From NCBI RefSeq assembly GCF_000026545.1, contig NC_011601.1: a stretch of DNA of 64,000 nucleotides; one strand, 5' to 3'. Of the stretch, positions 57,831-64,000 are shown in pieces. The stretch is from Escherichia coli O127:H6 str. E2348/69 (GTDB taxonomy: Bacteria > Pseudomonadota > Gammaproteobacteria > Enterobacterales > Enterobacteriaceae). The translations under genes were made by a program, and so were the position numbers. The stretch's first letter is position 1; every line of letters begins with the position of its first letter. The notes beneath the pieces are model-generated. The model had not been told where the DNA came from, did not search any database, and worked only from the letters and a program-made list of their open reading frames with translations.

Positions 57831-58656
57831 TTGAATAAAGATATTCCTGCATATACATCGGCCTGTGCGGCGCATCAAAATATTTCAGCGTTGCCGGATT
57901 CACCAGTCGCCAGGCAAAATGCGGGATCACCGTCAGAAAATGTCCGCGCTCCACGGCGCTGATTTTGGCCATAAAACTGTAGGGACGATAAATAATGGTG
58001 GGATTGATCCCACAAGGTCGCATATTCGCATCAATCATTGCTTCGAAGTTGGCCCGGTTCTGAAAGCGCATTTGTAGCCAGGGTAGCTCCTGAAGCAACT
58101 CTTGCTCTTGTCGCTCTTCATAACGACGAGAAACGAGAAAGCCCAATCGCAGCGGCGGTAGTTCACTGATAGTCAGGTTTTCCAGTTCCTGAACTCGTGC
58201 AGATACATGCTGTGGGGAGATAATAAAATCTAACTGACGGTCAAAAAGATTATCGATAACGCCATTTGCGCTGAACTCAACTGGCTGGGCGGTCACGCCT
58301 TCGTACTTATCTCCGAGACTAATCAACTGATCAAAAATAATGGTCGGATAAGTATTATCTATGCCTATCACAATGTCTCGTGAACGACGTCCTGAGTTAT
58401 GGATTTCATTATCAATCGCAGAAAGTCGTTGATAAACCGGGAACAGTTTTTGATACAGTTCCTGTCCGGCTTTATTGAGGCTGATATTATTATCTTTGCG
58501 GGTAAATAGCGTATAGCCAATTTGTTCTTCCAGCGCGGCAATGCTTTTGCCAAATCGCGAAGCCGTCATATGGATTTTTTCTGCCGCCCGGGCAATATTA
58601 TTGGTTTGCGCTAATAAAATGAAATTGCGCATCTTTTTCGAAATAAAAATGTCCAT
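57685..58656 (-). CDS. ygfI: LysR-family transcriptional regulator YgfI (3' end possibly altered by adjacent deletion)
   Basis: 323-aa ORF; HTH begins near the internal Met ([25 protein letters not shown]), so true start may be 58632. Confidence 0.75.
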   Translation of the reverse strand: MDIFISKKMRNFILLAQTNNIARAAEKIHMTASRFGKSIAALEEQIGYTLFTRKDNNISLNKAGQELYQKLFPVYQRLSAIDNEIHNSGRRSRDIVIGIDNTYPTIIFDQLISLGDKYEGVTAQPVEFSANGVIDNLFDRQLDFIISPQHVSARVQELENLTISELPPLRLGFLVSRRYEERQEQELLQELPWLQMRFQNRANFEAMIDANMRPCGINPTIIYRPYSFMAKISAVERGHFLTVIPHFAWRLVNPATLKYFDAPHRPMYMQEYLYSIRNHRYTATMLQHIAEDRGEYVRQAHFPDSDADNPDTWDVHNDQWWCG

Positions 58657-58813
58657 CCCCCCTCTCCCGCATCCTTGTCCGCTTAACCGTTTCAGTCAGC
58701 CTATCCTTGATGAAACCGCGAGCAAAGATAGGTGATTACGTCATGGTTTTACAGAAAAAGGAGACAATATCGGGTAAAGACATTAGCCCGACGAATACGT
58801 CGGGCTACAAGTA

Positions 58814-59554
58814 TTAATGTGCAGCAGGTGTTTTAGCGGGGGGTTGATCCACAGGTTCTAACTGGAAGACTACATCGACCTGATCATCAAACTGAATAGC
58901 GGCCTGCTCGTAAGTTTCCTGTGCGGACACCGGTGCAGCATCAGCTTTCATCATCCGCACCATTGGGCTGGGCTGATAGTTGGAAACATGATAACGCACG
59001 CTATATACCGGCCCCAGTTTGCGATTAAAGCCATTCGCCAGTTCCTGCGCCTGATGAATCGCGTTATCAATCGCTGCCTTACGCGCTTTGTCTTTATAGG
59101 CATCCGGCTGCGCCACGCCCAGCGACACAGAACGAATTTCGTTAAGACCCGCCTTTAGCGCGCCGTCCAGCAAGGAATTCAGTTTATCTAACTGACGGAG
59201 CGTGACTTCCACCGTTCTCACTGCGCGGTAGCCTTTCAGGATACTTTTACCATCCTGATAATCATAATCTGGCTGAGTGCGTAAGTTCGCTGAGCTGATA
59301 TCTTTTTTCGCGATCTGATTGAGCTCAAGGAAGGAAATGTATTGTGCGACGCGCTCATCTGCCTGTTTCTTGGCAGTAGCGGCATCCTTCGCGGCCACGT
59401 TAACTTCAATCGCAAGAGTGGCAATGTCTGGCACCGCATCCACGCTTGCCGTACCGGAGGTGACAATATGCGGTCCATCCGGCAATTCGTTAGCCTGCGC
59501 TGCCATCCCGCTAATACCCATTAATGCCGCCAGGGCGATAACTTTGAACTTCAC
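58814..59554 (-). CDS. yggE: periplasmic DUF541/SIMPL-family protein YggE
   Basis: 246-aa ORF with signal peptide MKFKVIALAALMGISGMAAQA. Confidence 0.88.
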   Translation of the reverse strand: MKFKVIALAALMGISGMAAQANELPDGPHIVTSGTASVDAVPDIATLAIEVNVAAKDAATAKKQADERVAQYISFLELNQIAKKDISSANLRTQPDYDYQDGKSILKGYRAVRTVEVTLRQLDKLNSLLDGALKAGLNEIRSVSLGVAQPDAYKDKARKAAIDNAIHQAQELANGFNRKLGPVYSVRYHVSNYQPSPMVRMMKADAAPVSAQETYEQAAIQFDDQVDVVFQLEPVDQPPAKTPAAH

Positions 59555-59646
59555 GTTAGTCTCTCCGTGTTAATTGACTTGCCCAAAATTCAGGACCTCT
59601 GGAGGCAAGCTTAGCGCCTCTGTTTTATTTTTCCATCAGATAGCGC

Positions 59647-60282
59647 CTAACTGAACAAGGCTTGTGCATGAGCAATACCGTCTCTCGCCAGCTGCAAGGC
59701 AATAAACCACATAACACATCCCACTACCAGATTGATAATGCGCTGTGATTTTGCCGTGCGCAGGCGCGGTGCCAGCCAGGCTGCGAGAATAGCCAGACCA
59801 AAGAACCACAGGAAAGAGGCGCTAATTGTTCCGAGCGCAAACCAACGTTTTGGTTCCACATCAAGTTGCCCGCCAAGGCTGCCCAGCACAACAAAAGTAT
59901 CCAGGTAAACATGCGGATTCAGCCAGGTCACTGCCAACATGGTGGCGATAATTTTCCATCTGCCTTGTTTCAGAACTTCGGCACTGGCTAACTCAATGTT
60001 ACTGCTCATTGCTGTTTTAAAAGCGCCAAAACCATACCACAGCAAGAAGGCTACGCCGCCCCAGGTGACCAGCGCCAGCAACCACGGCGACTGCATCAAT
60101 AACGCGCTGCCACCAAAAATCCCCGCACAAATCAGGACCAAATCGCTGATAGCACAAAGTAAGGCAATCATAATGTGGTACTGACGACGAATGCCCTGAT
60201 TCATCACAAAAGCATTTTGTGGACCGAGCGGTAGGATCATAGCTGCGCCAAGTGCAAGACCTTGAAAGTAATAAGAAAACAC
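59647..60282 (-). CDS. argO: arginine exporter (LysE family)
   Basis: 211-aa multi-[35 protein letters not shown]. Confidence 0.9.
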
Positions 60283-60420
60283 GTTGGATATTCCGAATTA
60301 AGTATCTGATGCAGAGACTATATCGCGGGATTGTTATTAGCGGAAATTGATAATATTAATTGGCAATCAGAAAAACTAATAAGAGAGAGGCCAGAGAGTA
60401 TTATCTGGCCTCAGCGTTGA

Positions 60421-61281
<861 letters not shown>

Positions 61282-61423
61282 TCAATATTCCTTTTCAACT
61301 GACTCAAAATGGAGAAATACACTCCGCCGCCTTATGACGGGCAGTCTGACAAGGGTAAACAATAAAGCATAATTTTGCCAAATAGATCACAGATTTCTCA
61401 TCTGTATCACCTTGCTTTTGGCG

Positions 61424-61448
61424 AAAAAAAGACCCGCAGAGCGGGCCT
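61424..61448 (-). terminator. rho-independent terminator of fbaA
   Basis: gcccgc-tct-gcgggt hairpin followed by T7 on minus strand. Confidence 0.65.
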
Positions 61449-61471
61449 TGAGATAAGCAGAAAGGAATATC

Positions 61472-62551
61472 TTACAGAACGTCGATCGCGTTCAGTTCCT
61501 GGAATGCTTTTTCCAGACGAGCGATCATCGAAGTCTGACCGGCACGCAGCCATACGCGCGGATCGTAGTATTTCTTGTTCGGCTGATCTTCGCCTTTCGG
61601 GTTGCCCAGCTGGCCTTGCAGGTAAGCTTCGTTTTCTTTGTAGTAGTTCAGAACACCTTCCCAGGTTGCCCATTGGGTATCGGTATCGATGTTCATTTTC
61701 ACTACGCCGTAGCTTACGGAGTCTTTGATTTCCTGAGCAGTAGAACCGGAACCACCGTGGAATACGAAGTTCAGGCTGTTGTGCGGCAGGTTGTGTTTCT
61801 TAGAAACATATTCCTGAGAGTCGCGCAGGATGGTCGGAGTCAGAACCACGTTACCCGGCTTGTAAACACCGTGTACGTTACCGAAGGAGGCAGCGATGGT
61901 GAAACGCGGGCTGATTTTGCTCAGCTCGGTATACGCATAATCAACGTCTTCCGGCTGGGTGTACAGTGCAGAAGCGTCCATGTGGCTGTTGTCCACGCCG
62001 TCTTCTTCACCACCGGTGCAACCCAGTTCGATTTCCAGAGTCATGCCGATTTTGGACATGCGCTCCAGGTATTTAGAGCAGATTTCAATGTTCTCTTGCA
62101 GAGATTCTTCAGACAGGTCAATCATGTGAGAAGAGAACAGCGGCTTACCGGTAGCAGCGAAGTGTTTTTCACCCGCGTCCAGCAGACCGTCGATCCACGG
62201 CAGCAGTTTTTTCGCGCAGTGGTCAGTATGCAGGATCACCGGAACACCGTAGTGTTCAGCCATCTGGTGAACGTGATGCGCACCAGAGATCGCACCCAGG
62301 ATAGCAGCGCCCTGCGGAACGTCAGATTTCACGCCTTTACCAGCGATAAAAGAAGCACCACCGTTGGAGAACTGAACGATAACCGGCGCTTTAACTTTAG
62401 CAGCGGTTTCCAGCACGGCGTTGATGGAGTCAGTACCGACGCAGTTTACTGCTGGCAGTGCGAAGTTGTTTTCTTTTGCTACCTGGAAAACTTTCTGTAC
62501 GTCATCACCAGTGATTACGCCAGGTTTTACGAAATCAAAAATCTTAGACAT
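61472..62551 (-). CDS. fbaA: fructose-bisphosphate aldolase class II
   Basis: 359 aa from MSKIFDFVKPGVITGDDVQKVF; ORF-track 5' extension runs into the ERIC repeat. Confidence 0.95.
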   Translation of the reverse strand: MSKIFDFVKPGVITGDDVQKVFQVAKENNFALPAVNCVGTDSINAVLETAAKVKAPVIVQFSNGGASFIAGKGVKSDVPQGAAILGAISGAHHVHQMAEHYGVPVILHTDHCAKKLLPWIDGLLDAGEKHFAATGKPLFSSHMIDLSEESLQENIEICSKYLERMSKIGMTLEIELGCTGGEEDGVDNSHMDASALYTQPEDVDYAYTELSKISPRFTIAASFGNVHGVYKPGNVVLTPTILRDSQEYVSKKHNLPHNSLNFVFHGGSGSTAQEIKDSVSYGVVKMNIDTDTQWATWEGVLNYYKENEAYLQGQLGNPKGEDQPNKKYYDPRVWLRAGQTSMIARLEKAFQELNAIDVL

Positions 62552-62577
62552 GTCTCTTGTCCTGTATCGTCGGGCCT

Positions 62578-62702
62578 TATACTCGTCATACTTCAAGTTG
62601 CATGTGCTGCGTCTGCGTTCGCTCACCCCAGTCACTTACTTATGTAAGCTCATGGGATTCACTCTCTTGTCGCCTTCCTGCAACTCGAATTATTTAGAGT
62701 AT
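62578..62702 (-). repeat. ERIC/IRU repeat (~125 bp) between pgk and fbaA
   Basis: Imperfect palindrome with core cgctcaccccagtcacttactt; inverted copy of termini of the 54991-55264 element. Confidence 0.7.
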
Positions 62703-62764
62703 GAAAAAGTGCGTGCTTTAAAAGCGCGCTGCAACAAGGGCAGGTTTCCCTGCCCTGTGATTTT

Positions 62765-63928
62765 TTACTTCTTAGCGCGCTCTTCGAGCATCGCTACTGC
62801 AGGCAGTACTTTACCTTCCACGAATTCGAGGAATGCACCGCCGCCAGTGGAGATGTAGGAGATTTTGTCAGCAATGCCGAACAGGTCGATTGCTGCCAGA
62901 GTGTCGCCGCCGCCAGCGATGGAGAACGCTTCGCTGTCTGCGATAGCGTTAGCCACGATTTCAGTACCTTTGCGGAAGTTCGGGAATTCGAACACGCCAA
63001 CCGGACCGTTCCACAAAATGGTTTTCGCATTCTTCAGGATTTCAGCCAGTTCCTGAGCGGAAGCATCACCGATATCCAGGATCTGCTCGTCAGCTTTCAC
63101 ATCGTTAACAGATTTCAGGGTAGCCGGTGCAGTTTCAGAGAACTCAGTTGCTACACGAACATCAGACGGAACCGGGATGTTGCAGGTGGTCAGCAGACGT
63201 TTTGCTTCGTCAACCAGATCAGCTTCGTACAGGGATTTACCCACATCGTGGCCTTGTGCCGCGATAAAGGTGTTAGCGATACCACCACCAACAATCAGCT
63301 GGTCAGCGATTTTAGACAGGGAGTCCAGAACGGTCAGTTTGGTAGATACTTTAGAACCACCAACGATAGCCACCATCGGGCGAGCAGGTTCTTTCAGTGC
63401 TTTACCCAGCGCGTCCAGTTCAGCTGCCAGCAGCGGGCCTGCGCACGCAACGTCAGCGAATTTACCGATACCGTGAGTAGAAGCCTGCGCGCGGTGAGCA
63501 GTACCGAATGCGTCCATTACGAACACGTCACACAGTGCAGCGTATTTTTTGGACAGGGTTTCGTCGTCTTTCTTCTCGCCTTTGTTGAAGCGAACGTTTT
63601 CCAGAACAACCAGTTCACCTTCAGCAACGTCAACGCCGTCGAGGTAATCTTTAACCAGACGAACCGGGTTAGACAGTTTGTCTTTCAGGTAGTTAACAAC
63701 CGGCAGCAGAGAGAATTCTTCGTTGTACTCGCCTTCGGTAGGACGACCCAGGTGGGAAGTTACCATCACTTTTGCGCCTTGTTTCAGGGCAAGTTCGATG
63801 GTCGGCAGAGAAGCACGGATACGCGCGTCGCTGGTTACTTTCCCGTCTTTTACTGGTACGTTCAGATCCGCACGGATAAATACACGTTTCCCAGCAAGAT
63901 CCAGATCGGTCATCTTAATTACAGACAT
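62765..63928 (-). CDS. pgk: phosphoglycerate kinase
   Basis: 387 aa from [25 protein letters not shown]. Confidence 0.95.
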
Positions 63929-63978
63929 GGTGAATCCTCTCGTTGATTCTAAAAGTTTTGCAGACGCTGCTTGCGTCT

Positions 63979-64000
63979 TACCTGAAAGCAACAGTAGCCA
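63979..64000 (-). CDS. epd: erythrose-4-phosphate dehydrogenase, extreme 3' end (rest beyond window)
   Basis: Synteny (epd-pgk-fbaA); minus frame ending ...ATVAFR-stop; only 7 codons visible. Confidence 0.4.

Overview
This window is an Escherichia coli chromosomal segment that is colinear with the K-12 ygeV–pgk region (about 66 min), identified by reading the supplied translations against remembered protein families; no database search was run. It holds the ygeV–uacT purine-catabolism / selenium-dependent molybdenum hydroxylase cluster, then idi, lysS-prfB, recJ-dsbC-xerD, fldB, cptA-sdhE, ygfZ, bglA, gcvTHP, ubiI-ubiH-pepP-ygfB, zapA-ssrS-fau, the ibsC/sibC type I toxin-antitoxin locus, serA, rpiA, argP, yggE, argO, mscS, fbaA, pgk and the tail of epd. 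Most of it is ordinary core genome, and I found no CRISPR array, tRNA or rRNA. Three strain-specific lesions stand out. (1) A 1550-bp IS50-like element with a perfect 9-bp target duplication splits ygfK. (2) An in-frame TAG interrupts xdhD in the same operon. (3) A deletion removes the 3' half of scpA and the rest of the sbm operon, joining scpA to the convergent ygfI. Other points are a 15-bp motif shared by the ygeW and uacT upstream regions with sigma-54-like promoter candidates, two ERIC repeats, and the prfB +1 frameshift site. Gene coordinates come from ORF-track arithmetic; positions of short motifs and hairpins were counted by eye and may be off by a few bases.
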